NCBI GenBank assembly: GCA_047947115.1
Contig: CP170459.1
Location: 3,456,001 to 3,520,000, forward strand
Length of the DNA: 64,000 nt
Reading direction: 5' to 3'
Origin: Verrucomicrobiota bacterium
Lineage (GTDB): Bacteria > Verrucomicrobiota > Verrucomicrobiia > Limisphaerales > AAA164-E04
Shown here: piece after piece, positions 52,001-60,592 of the stretch
Layout: each line of letters starts with the position of its first letter
Numbering within the stretch: position 1 is the first letter of the stretch
The notes under the pieces: generated by a model
The model's input: only the letters and a program-made list of their open reading frames with translations
What the model was told of the DNA's origin: nothing
Databases searched by the model: none
Position numbers and translations under genes: made by a program

Positions 52001-52825
52001 CTCCGAATCAGGTGTCCACCCCATGACCGATGCCGTGCAGTCGGCAAACCATGGCGTGTTCCGGTGCGGGGACGTGACTTCCTCATAATCCAGCACTCTG
52101 AGTTCGGTTAAAAGCGGTAGGCCTCCCGGTTTTTTCGCCTGCACCCAGGTACATTCCCAGGTTGCATGCTGCTGCAACGTCACACCGTTTCCGTGACCGT
52201 GAGATTCAACGATCACCACCGTCGTGCTGGTAACCTGGTCCACCGCCACTCGAACGGTTTTGAAATGCATGTCAAAATGCAGGAAAGGAGAATTGTCCGA
52301 TACGTTTATGGGAGATGTCAACTGGATCAACGCCTGTGTGAATCCCGATTGGTTTTGGAAAGCTTTCGGGGCATCGGATGGTTGATTTCTCCGATGCCGC
52401 CAAACTTTGAGCGTGCCATCGTCGAAGCTGAGGGCTTGAGGAGAGGGGCGCAAGGCATCTCCGCTGAAACTGTCGTTGATCATATCGGCCAGGTGCTCCT
52501 GCAGGGCCCGGTTGCCTGCGTGCATGGCCTTGTTCATCTGTTTGAACTGGATGCCTGTTGCGTCGTTGATGACTTCGGTCACCCAGCCATCTGCTCTGGG
52601 GTCGAGGTGCTCCATTTCCCGCGCCACTTCGGGTGCGACCTTCGATTCCGTCAATCCCAGAATTGGAATCGAAGTTTCGCTGACAGGTGACTCCGCTGCC
52701 TTTGCACGAAGGTTGCCAGATCCAATCAACAGGCAGCAAACGAGGGCAAATAGTAACCTGCCCCAGGGCATCCGTGTTTCAGCATGACGGTTCTGATGGA
52801 GGATACTTCTATGGGATTTGTTCAT
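49079..52825 (-). CDS. Secreted FG-GAP/ASPIC-UnbV - TlpA-like redoxin - TPR protein, 1248 aa, with an in-frame TGA (putative Sec632) at 50932-50930
   Basis: ORFs 50930..52825 and 49079..50737 are in frame and joined by 64 stop-free codons (SFFWRRVTSQSP...NWSGNERNVAFLNTRDGRFAG) that continue the FG-GAP pattern. Downstream are ASPIC (GEGYLAQS...HFGLG...VRWPNG), WATWCLPC and TPR repeats. Confidence 0.8.
50888..50926 (-). promoter_or_regulatory. Putative SECIS of the FG-GAP/ASPIC gene
   Basis: After the TGA and an 11-nt spacer: GCGGCG-GGTCA-CGTCGC (50918-50902), with a possible lower stem TTCTTCTG/CGGAGGAA. Confidence 0.7.
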
Positions 52826-53141
52826 ATCTGGTGTGCGGGCATTCTACCGAGGTCTGCTTTTCATTCAAGTTCGAAACTTTACCCCCATGGCAAGGGGATA
52901 CTTGGGGTGGGGCGGGTGCTGATGGGGACTGACATTTCTTTGTTTGATGGATTTGGTCTTGAGGGTGATCCGGATAAAAGTGATTACAGAAATGAACTGA
53001 TCGCCCACTGTGGCTTAAACATGGACATTTTCTGGTAACCTTCAGTATGATTTTCTCATCACTAATCTAAGTATACTCGAATTCGGGGCAATCTGGATTC
53101 CCGTGAGGCAAGTGGCGGTTTATTTGGGTGGTGCATGTTAT

Positions 53142-54611
53142 ATGTTTGATAGTCAGAAAAATAGAGAGAACTTCGCAGGCCTGTTGACTTTACTGTGCGT
53201 TTTAAGCCTGGTGTCCGTTTTGGTGGGGCCGGGTTGTGTGCGTCCTGTGGGATCCCATATGGGACAACATGGGGTGCAAACGCCCGATCAGTTTGGGGGA
53301 CAAGGAGCTTCAGGTCCGGCGTTTGAAGATGGATGGATTACTGATTTTCAAGATGCCTCATTGGAAGCCCTCATCGAGGAGGCGCTGGAGCGCAATTACA
53401 ATCTCCAGGCCGCTGCTGCCCGGTTGGAAGCGGCTCACGCCTCTTTTCAATCCGCCAATGCCGGTTGGAAACCCACTCTCAATCTGAGTCAAAGCGATTC
53501 TCGTAGCAAGACCGTGTTCAATCCGTTTGCCGGTGAATTGCAGAGCCGTTATATCAATCGGTTCGACCTTGGTGTCAACCTGTCCTGGGAGCTGGATATC
53601 TGGGGGCGACTTCGCAGTCAAAGCCGTGCCGCGTTTGCGGATCTGGAAGCGGCTGAAACCATTTACATGTCCGCCTACTTGTCGCTTGCGGCCAATACGG
53701 CGGCCGCCTGGTTCAATCTCATTGAATCGGAATTGCAGGTTAAGTTGAACGAGGAAACATTGGAGAGTTTTGAAGCGAACCTTCAGGTGGTGGAAGAGTC
53801 CTTTAGACGAGGCATCCCAAACCGGGCGCTTGATGTGCGTTTGACCCGCGCCAACGTTGAAAGCGCGCGCAGCAATCTGGCTGTGCGAAAGCGCCAGCGC
53901 GATGCAGCCAAACGTTCTCTTGAGACGATTCTTGGAAGGTATCCGTCGGCGGAAATGGAAGTGAGTCATGCTTTGCCGGTGATCCGTCATGCGGTGCCCA
54001 CGGGTTTGCCTTCCGAATTATTGCTGCGGCGGCCTGATATCCTGACTGCCGAGCGTCAGCTTGCTGCTGCAACGGAACGTCTCAAAGCTTCGCGTCGAAG
54101 TCTGTTGCCATCCATTCGGTTGACATCATCCGCCGGAACAACGAGCAATGAACTTGCGGATCTGCTCGATCCGGAGCGCTTGGCAATATCTTTGGCAGGG
54201 TCCATTTCTCAACCGCTCTACCAGGGGGGACGTTTGCGTGCCAATATTCGTTTGTCGGATGCCCGGGTGAAGGAATCCATGGCCCAGTTTTCGCAGACCG
54301 TCCTGACCGCCTTTCAGGAGGTTGAAACATTACTGGCTGCCGAACATTTTTTACAGGAACAGGAAGCGGCCCTCCGTGCCAGTGCGACCGAATCCATGGA
54401 AGCCGAGCAGCTTGCCAAGGAACAGTATGAGCGGGGATTGGTGGACATCATCACCGTTCTGGAATCCGAAAGACGGGCTTTCAACGCGCGCAGTTCCTTG
54501 TTGAACCTGTCCAATTTACTTTTGCAGAACCGGCTCGACCTGTATCTGGCTCTCGGCGGACATTTCTCTCCTGAGCGTCCTGTCGATGCCACCGAGGAAA
54601 AAGAGCATTAA
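53142..54611 (+). CDS. RND efflux outer membrane lipoprotein (NodT/OprM/TolC family)
   Basis: Lipobox-like LVGPGC, SWELDIWGRL, GLPSELLLRRPDI, LYLALGG; start uncertain (53103 or 53142). Confidence 0.92.
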   Translation: MFDSQKNRENFAGLLTLLCVLSLVSVLVGPGCVRPVGSHMGQHGVQTPDQFGGQGASGPAFEDGWITDFQDASLEALIEEALERNYNLQAAAARLEAAHASFQSANAGWKPTLNLSQSDSRSKTVFNPFAGELQSRYINRFDLGVNLSWELDIWGRLRSQSRAAFADLEAAETIYMSAYLSLAANTAAAWFNLIESELQVKLNEETLESFEANLQVVEESFRRGIPNRALDVRLTRANVESARSNLAVRKRQRDAAKRSLETILGRYPSAEMEVSHALPVIRHAVPTGLPSELLLRRPDILTAERQLAAATERLKASRRSLLPSIRLTSSAGTTSNELADLLDPERLAISLAGSISQPLYQGGRLRANIRLSDARVKESMAQFSQTVLTAFQEVETLLAAEHFLQEQEAALRASATESMEAEQLAKEQYERGLVDIITVLESERRAFNARSSLLNLSNLLLQNRLDLYLALGGHFSPERPVDATEEKEH

Positions 54612-54639
54612 TCACCTTTAAGAACGACCATTTAGTGAC

Positions 54640-55923
54640 ATGCAGAAATTATTGAAATGGGTTGCCCCGGCCGTGTTTCTGATGCTGTGCATCGGCATTG
54701 CTTCAATCCTGATGGCGACCAAACCCGAACCGCAGCGACGGATCCCACCGACTCCCGTTCCCACAGTGAATGCCATGCGGCTGGCGAAACAGACTTTTCA
54801 GGTCATTGTTCCGTCCCAGGGTGTTGTGCAGGCTAGAACCCGCAGCTCACTGATTCCCCAGGTGAGCGGAGAGATTACCTGGATCTCTGAAAGTTTCAGG
54901 TCGGGTGGTTTTTTCAAGCCGGAAGAAGAACTTGTAAAGATCGATCCACGTGATTATGAGACCGCCTTAGTGGTGGCCAAGGCGACCCTGGCCCAGCGCG
55001 CCAGCGCCTACGAGGTTGAAAAGGCCCAGCATGAACAGGCCAAGGTTAATTGGGGGCGACTCGGAAATGGAGAAAAAGCCTCGGCGCTCGTTCTGCGGGA
55101 ACCTCAACTCGCCGAAGCCAAGGCCCTGATGGAATCCGCAGCCGCCAACGTTGAGCGGGCTGAACGTGATCTGGAACGGACCGTGATCAAAGCGCCCTAC
55201 GAAGGTCGCATCATGGAGAAGAACGTCGATGTGGGGCAGACCGTCTCGCCGGGAACCACCCTTGCCGAAATCTTTGCCACGGATTATGTGGAAATCCGAT
55301 TGCCCCTGAGGAATGAGCATCTTGATTTTGTCGATCTGCCCGAAATGTTCAGGGATTTGAAGCCGCAAGAATCATTGCTCCGGCCGGCCGTGCGATTGAC
55401 GGGGCAATACGGCAGCAGGGATGTGACATGGAACGGACGGGTGGTCCGCACTCAAAGTGCCTTCGATGCCCGGAGCCGGGAACTGTTCGTGATCGCTCAG
55501 GTTGATGACCCTTATGGAAAAGTCGACGAGGAACATCCGCCGCTCAAGATCAACCAGTATGTGCGTGCGGAAATTCAGGGTGACCAGTTGGAGGATGTTT
55601 TTGTGGTCCCGAGGGCTGCATTGAGGAACAACGACGAAGTGGTTTTGATTGGAAAAGACAACAAGATCATCCGTCGAGCGGTGGAAGTGATCTGGAGACA
55701 GGGGGAGCAGGTGGTGATCAGGGATGGTGTTACGGAAGGCGAAGTGTTGTGCCTGTCCTCATTGCTGTTTGCCGCCGACGGGGCCGAAGTGAGGCCTGTG
55801 ATTGAGGGGGAACCGGTCATGATGCCGGACGGCAAGGGCAATCGGGTTCGTCAGGGAAAAACGGAGGAAGGCAAACCCGGTAACGCAAGTCAAACGCAAG
55901 CAAATCAAACAAAGGAACCCTGA
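54640..55923 (+). CDS. RND efflux periplasmic adaptor (MFP)
   Basis: N-terminal TM, PQVSGEI, LERTVIKAPYEGRI, VVPRAAL. Confidence 0.92.
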   Translation: MQKLLKWVAPAVFLMLCIGIASILMATKPEPQRRIPPTPVPTVNAMRLAKQTFQVIVPSQGVVQARTRSSLIPQVSGEITWISESFRSGGFFKPEEELVKIDPRDYETALVVAKATLAQRASAYEVEKAQHEQAKVNWGRLGNGEKASALVLREPQLAEAKALMESAAANVERAERDLERTVIKAPYEGRIMEKNVDVGQTVSPGTTLAEIFATDYVEIRLPLRNEHLDFVDLPEMFRDLKPQESLLRPAVRLTGQYGSRDVTWNGRVVRTQSAFDARSRELFVIAQVDDPYGKVDEEHPPLKINQYVRAEIQGDQLEDVFVVPRAALRNNDEVVLIGKDNKIIRRAVEVIWRQGEQVVIRDGVTEGEVLCLSSLLFAADGAEVRPVIEGEPVMMPDGKGNRVRQGKTEEGKPGNASQTQANQTKEP

Positions 55924-58900
55924 TGCATGGCATGATCGCATGGTTCGCGCGCAATGGCGTGGCGGCAAATTTATTGATGGTTGCCATTCTTTTGGCGGGC
56001 GTGAACACGCTTTTCAAACGGATGCCGACCGAGGTGTTTCCTGAATTTGAACTGGACATGATCACTGTGTCCGTGCCTTACCGGGGATCAACGCCTGCCG
56101 AAGTGGAAGAATCGATCGTGATCAAAATCGAGGAAGCCATCCAGGATATTCAGGGAATCAAAAAGATCACCTCCACCGCATCGGAAGGTGCCGGATCGGT
56201 CACGATTGAAGTGGACAAGGGATATGATTCGCGTGAGTTGCTGGACGACATCAAGAATCGGGTGGATTCCATCAACACCTTTCCGGCAGAAACCGAAAAA
56301 CCGATCATCAACCTGGCGCAGCCCCGAGGCGAAGTGATCACTGTCGTTCTGGCGGCGGACATGCATGAGAAGGACCTTCGGGTGTTGGGAGAACAGGTTC
56401 GGGATGAAATATCCAATTTACCCAACATCACCCAGGTCGCTCTGCAAGCTGTCAGGCCTTACGAAATTGCGATCGAAGTGTCCGAACAAACCTTGCAACG
56501 GTATGGGCTCACGCTGGAAGGCATTGCCCAGGCGGTGCGTTCGACATCCATTGATCTGCCGGCCGGCGCGATCAAAACCGAAGGAGGCGAGATTTTGCTG
56601 CGCACCAAGGGGCAGGCTTATGAAGGAAGCGAATTTGCCGACATTGTATTGTTGACCCGAAACGATGGCACGCGCATTACCTTGGGAGACATTTCGAACA
56701 TCAACGACGGGTTTGAGGAAACACCGCTCTTTGCGCGCTGGAATGGCAAGCCCTGCGTGATGATCGCCGTGGCACGTGTCGGGGATCAGAACGCCATTGA
56801 TCTGGCCAATACGGTCAAGGATTACCTCACCGAGCGACAAAAGAGTTTGCCGGACGGAGTGGATTTGGATTTTTGGAACGACCGCTCCCAGATTGTCATC
56901 GGGCGTTTGAATACACTGCTTACCAGTGCGCTGCAGGGTGGTTTTTTGGTTTTTCTGGTGCTTGCCTTGTTTCTGCGGTTGTCTCTTGCGATTTGGGTGT
57001 GTGTCGGCATACCCGTTGCGTTCATGGGGGCCATTGCCTTCATGCCTCAGCTTGGTGTGACCATCAATATCATCAGCCTTTTCGGATTCATTCTCGTGCT
57101 GGGTATTGTCGTGGATGATGCCATTGTGACCGGAGAAAACATTTTCAGCCACTTGCAACATGGGGACGATCCCACCAATGCGGCGGTGACGGGGACGCAG
57201 GAGGTGTCGGTGCCGGTGGTCTTCGGTGTGTTGACCACGGTGGCGGCATTCACCCCCATCATGATGATTGACGGGTTTCGCGGGAAGATATTTGCCCAGA
57301 TACCGCTGGTTGTCATTCCGGTGCTTTTATTCTCACTGGTGGAATCGAAACTGATTCTTCCCGCTCATTTGAAACATATGCGGATTCGCAATCGTGATCG
57401 GAGCAAGTTGGGTTTTTTGACCCGTTTTCAGCGTGTTTTTGCCGATGGTATGGAAGCGTTTGCACGAAATGTATATCGGCCTGTTCTGGCTTTGGCGATG
57501 AAGTATCGCTATCTGACCTTGTCCGGTTTTATCGGGATTTGCCTGGTTCTATTCACATTACTGGTCAGTAACCGCATGATATTCGTGTTTTTTCCACGTG
57601 TTCCGACCGAACGGATCACAGTTCGATTGACGATGCCGCAGGGGACGCCCTCCGAAGTGACCCAGGGGCATGTGAACCACATTTTGGCCAAAGCTCGTGC
57701 ATTGCAGGTGAGAGAGGATTACAAGGAGCCTTCGACCGGTGAAAGCGTGATTGAAAACATCTTGGATGTCGTGGGGGCGTCGGGTTTCACCGGGGGCAGG
57801 GGGCGGAGTTCTGGACAGACCAACGTCGGTGAAGTGGCAATGAACATCACCGAGGCCGAAAGTCGCCAGAATCCATTGACGAGTCAGGACATTGTCGGGG
57901 AATGGCGCCAGTTGATCGGTTTGATCCCGGGGGCTCAGGAACTTAGTTTCCGGGCGGAAATTGGTCGTGCGAGTGATCCGATCGACATCCAGTTGACCGG
58001 TCCCAGTTTTAATGATTTGCAACTGGCAACCGAGGAGGTCAAGGAGCGCCTGGGGCAATACCCGGATCTTTTTGATATCATGGACACGTTTCAGGATGGC
58101 AAACCCGAGCTGAAAATGAAGATCAAACCGGAAGCGGAAATGCTTGGTTTGAGCATGACAGACCTGGCTCGCCAACTCAGGCAATCCTTTTTTGGCAGCG
58201 AAGCTCAGCGTATCCAGCGCGGACGCGAAGACGTGCGTGTGATGGTTCGTTACCCGTTGGATGAGCGTTCTTCTTTGGCCAACCTGGAATCGATGCGGGT
58301 TCGCACGCCCCAGGGCCAGGAAGTGCCGTTTTCCGCCGTTGCCAATGTCGAGCAGGGACGCAGTTTTTCATCCATCACCCGTATCGACAGGAACCGCACC
58401 ATTCGTGTGACGGCGGATGCCGACAAGGAAAAGGCGAATTTGCAGGTCATCCAGGAGGATATCATCAAGTTCATGCCCGAAATTGTCGCCAAATTCCATG
58501 GAATGAGCTTTTCTCTCGAAGGTGAAGCCCGCGAACAGGAGGAATCCTTTGCCAGCGTCTGGTTGGGATCGATCTTTGTCATCTTCACCATCTACTCGCT
58601 GCTGGCCATCCCGTTCAGATCTTATGTTCAGCCCTTGATTGTCATGTCGGTGATACCATTTGGAATAGGGGGAGCAATTGTCGGTCATTTGGTCATGGGG
58701 CATCATCTCAGCATCATGAGCGTTTTTGGGATGCTGGCTTTGTCCGGCGTGGTGGTGAACGACAGTCTGGTGCTGGTGGATTACATCAACCGCAAGCGGC
58801 GTGAAGGTGTTGATCTGCATGATGCGGTGAGCAATGCCGGTGTTGCCCGGTTCAGGGCGATCATGCTGACTTCCTTTACAACCTTTGCCGGGTTGATTCC

Positions 58901-59117
58901 GATCATGTGGGAAAAGAGCACCCAGGCACAGTTTTTGATCCCGATGGCCATTTCATTGGGTTGGGGAATTTTGTTTGCCACTTTTATCACCCTGTTGCTG
59001 GTCCCGATCAATTACCTGCTGCTTGAGGATATCCAGCGGGGAGCCCGCCGATATTTTCGGTGGCAGTTTGGCCTGAAACCCGAAGATTCCAAGTCCGTCA
59101 AATCTGCTCATGCTTAA
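55923..59117 (+). CDS. RND efflux permease (AcrB/AcrD/AcrF family)
   Basis: 1064 aa, ANLLM, GIVVDDAIV, GVVVNDSLV, RFRAIMLTS; translationally coupled (TGATG). Confidence 0.95.
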   Translation: MHGMIAWFARNGVAANLLMVAILLAGVNTLFKRMPTEVFPEFELDMITVSVPYRGSTPAEVEESIVIKIEEAIQDIQGIKKITSTASEGAGSVTIEVDKGYDSRELLDDIKNRVDSINTFPAETEKPIINLAQPRGEVITVVLAADMHEKDLRVLGEQVRDEISNLPNITQVALQAVRPYEIAIEVSEQTLQRYGLTLEGIAQAVRSTSIDLPAGAIKTEGGEILLRTKGQAYEGSEFADIVLLTRNDGTRITLGDISNINDGFEETPLFARWNGKPCVMIAVARVGDQNAIDLANTVKDYLTERQKSLPDGVDLDFWNDRSQIVIGRLNTLLTSALQGGFLVFLVLALFLRLSLAIWVCVGIPVAFMGAIAFMPQLGVTINIISLFGFILVLGIVVDDAIVTGENIFSHLQHGDDPTNAAVTGTQEVSVPVVFGVLTTVAAFTPIMMIDGFRGKIFAQIPLVVIPVLLFSLVESKLILPAHLKHMRIRNRDRSKLGFLTRFQRVFADGMEAFARNVYRPVLALAMKYRYLTLSGFIGICLVLFTLLVSNRMIFVFFPRVPTERITVRLTMPQGTPSEVTQGHVNHILAKARALQVREDYKEPSTGESVIENILDVVGASGFTGGRGRSSGQTNVGEVAMNITEAESRQNPLTSQDIVGEWRQLIGLIPGAQELSFRAEIGRASDPIDIQLTGPSFNDLQLATEEVKERLGQYPDLFDIMDTFQDGKPELKMKIKPEAEMLGLSMTDLARQLRQSFFGSEAQRIQRGREDVRVMVRYPLDERSSLANLESMRVRTPQGQEVPFSAVANVEQGRSFSSITRIDRNRTIRVTADADKEKANLQVIQEDIIKFMPEIVAKFHGMSFSLEGEAREQEESFASVWLGSIFVIFTIYSLLAIPFRSYVQPLIVMSVIPFGIGGAIVGHLVMGHHLSIMSVFGMLALSGVVVNDSLVLVDYINRKRREGVDLHDAVSNAGVARFRAIMLTSFTTFAGLIPIMWEKSTQAQFLIPMAISLGWGILFATFITLLLVPINYLLLEDIQRGARRYFRWQFGLKPEDSKSVKSAHA

Positions 59118-59134
59118 ACACAGGAGACAATGAC

Positions 59135-59482
59135 ATGCCATTACTGCGCCTTCAAACCAATCTCGATCTTGCCCCGGAACATCAATCAGCCCTTTCAGCC
59201 GCGCTCAGTCAAAAAGCAAGTCAGTGGATCGACAAACCTGAAGATTACGTCCAAGTCATACTTGAAACCGGTGTGACGATGCGATTTGGAGGGACCGAAG
59301 ATCCTACTGCCTTTGTCGAGATAAGGAGTCTCGGATTTTACGGGCTGAACCAGGCCGAGATCAGCCACGCCTTATGTGATTTTCTGGATGCTGAATGCTC
59401 TATTTCACCGAACCGGGTTTTTATTAATTTCTTTGATCTGGCCCGTGAAAACTGGGGGTGGGACGGAAAGACCTTTGGGTAA
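59135..59482 (+). CDS. MIF/phenylpyruvate tautomerase-like protein, 115 aa
   Basis: RBS aggaga, start M-P (Pro1), KPEDYV, FGGTEDPTAF, RVFINFFD...WGWDGKTF. Confidence 0.85.
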   Translation: MPLLRLQTNLDLAPEHQSALSAALSQKASQWIDKPEDYVQVILETGVTMRFGGTEDPTAFVEIRSLGFYGLNQAEISHALCDFLDAECSISPNRVFINFFDLARENWGWDGKTFG

Positions 59483-59536
59483 TAGTTTACCCCATCCCTT
59501 CAACTCGGAATACAAAGTCCCGCCGGATCCTGTTCT

Positions 59537-59764
59537 TTATTTGGTCGCTGGCTTTTCGGTTTCCAGGTCCTCATCATCGGTCGAGACTTGGTTGTTTTCA
59601 GGCTCCGGAGAGAGGTGCTGAGCCCGGCTGTCGAGTGGATTGGAGTAGTGCATTTCCACATAATTTGGTTCAGCGCTTTCTTCCGAGACCGGATCCATGT
59701 TCCAGACCAAAAGGAATGCAACGGCCAAAAAAAACAATGGTAATGGTGCTGTTTGTTCGGACAC
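59537..59764 (-). CDS. Small hypothetical protein (hydrophobic N-terminus, acidic tail)
   Basis: 75-aa ORF filling the intergenic gap; no recognisable motif. Confidence 0.35.
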   Translation of the reverse strand: MSEQTAPLPLFFLAVAFLLVWNMDPVSEESAEPNYVEMHYSNPLDSRAQHLSPEPENNQVSTDDEDLETEKPATK

Positions 59765-60031
59765 AGTGCTTTAGCTTGTTTGTTGGTTTGTGTTTTCCTG
59801 TCTAGGTGAATCAACGTTTCACCTCTTTCGGTCAGGTTATCGGCAGTTGAGGCCGGAACTTTAGAATTTTATTTTTGGAATGGACCGGATGGCTTTTTGC
59901 GTCCCATGAAGGCGGTTTGATAATTTTTTCAGCTTTCTTCTAATACCTTTCGTGGTTGGATGTCTTATTCGCATGAGAGAAACAAGCGGATCAGGTGTAT
60001 GAACCTGAGTTAAGGAACAACCAGAAACCGA

Positions 60032-60592
60032 ATGAGGACTGTGTCGACATCGGACCCAGGCAACAAGATGGTGAGTATCGCCGAGACATTGGAGGCTCTT
60101 TTCGAGTCTTTGGAATCGCCTTTGCTTGCCTACGCCTACCGGCTGACCAAGTCCGTTGAAGTGGCACAGGATCTGGTACAGGAATCTTTTCTGAAGCTTC
60201 AGGAACATTTTCACAAGGTCAAAGAACCCAAACCATGGCTGTATCGAACCGTTCACAATCTCGCCGTCAATCATCATCGCAAGACCCATCGTATGGTGAC
60301 CATGCAACATCAGGACAAAGAAGGAGACCTTGTGGAAATGGAAACCAAGGACGACGGGATGTTGCCCGATGAATCGATTGTGCATCAGGAGGCCCTCGGT
60401 ATGGTGCGTTTGAGCCTTGAAACATTGGATTTGCGGAGCCGCGAATTGGTTCGCTTGAAGTTTGAAGAAGATATGACCTATCGCCAGATCGCTGAAAAAA
60501 CAGGTCTATCGGTGAGCAATGTTGGTTATGTGCTTCACCACGCCGTGAAGTCACTGTCCATTGAACTTAAAAAGTTAGGAGTTGGAACATGA
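60032..60592 (+). CDS. ECF RNA polymerase sigma-70 factor
   Basis: AQDLVQESFLKL, WLYRTVHN, MTYRQIAEKTGLSVSNV. Confidence 0.92.
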   Translation: MRTVSTSDPGNKMVSIAETLEALFESLESPLLAYAYRLTKSVEVAQDLVQESFLKLQEHFHKVKEPKPWLYRTVHNLAVNHHRKTHRMVTMQHQDKEGDLVEMETKDDGMLPDESIVHQEALGMVRLSLETLDLRSRELVRLKFEEDMTYRQIAEKTGLSVSNVGYVLHHAVKSLSIELKKLGVGT

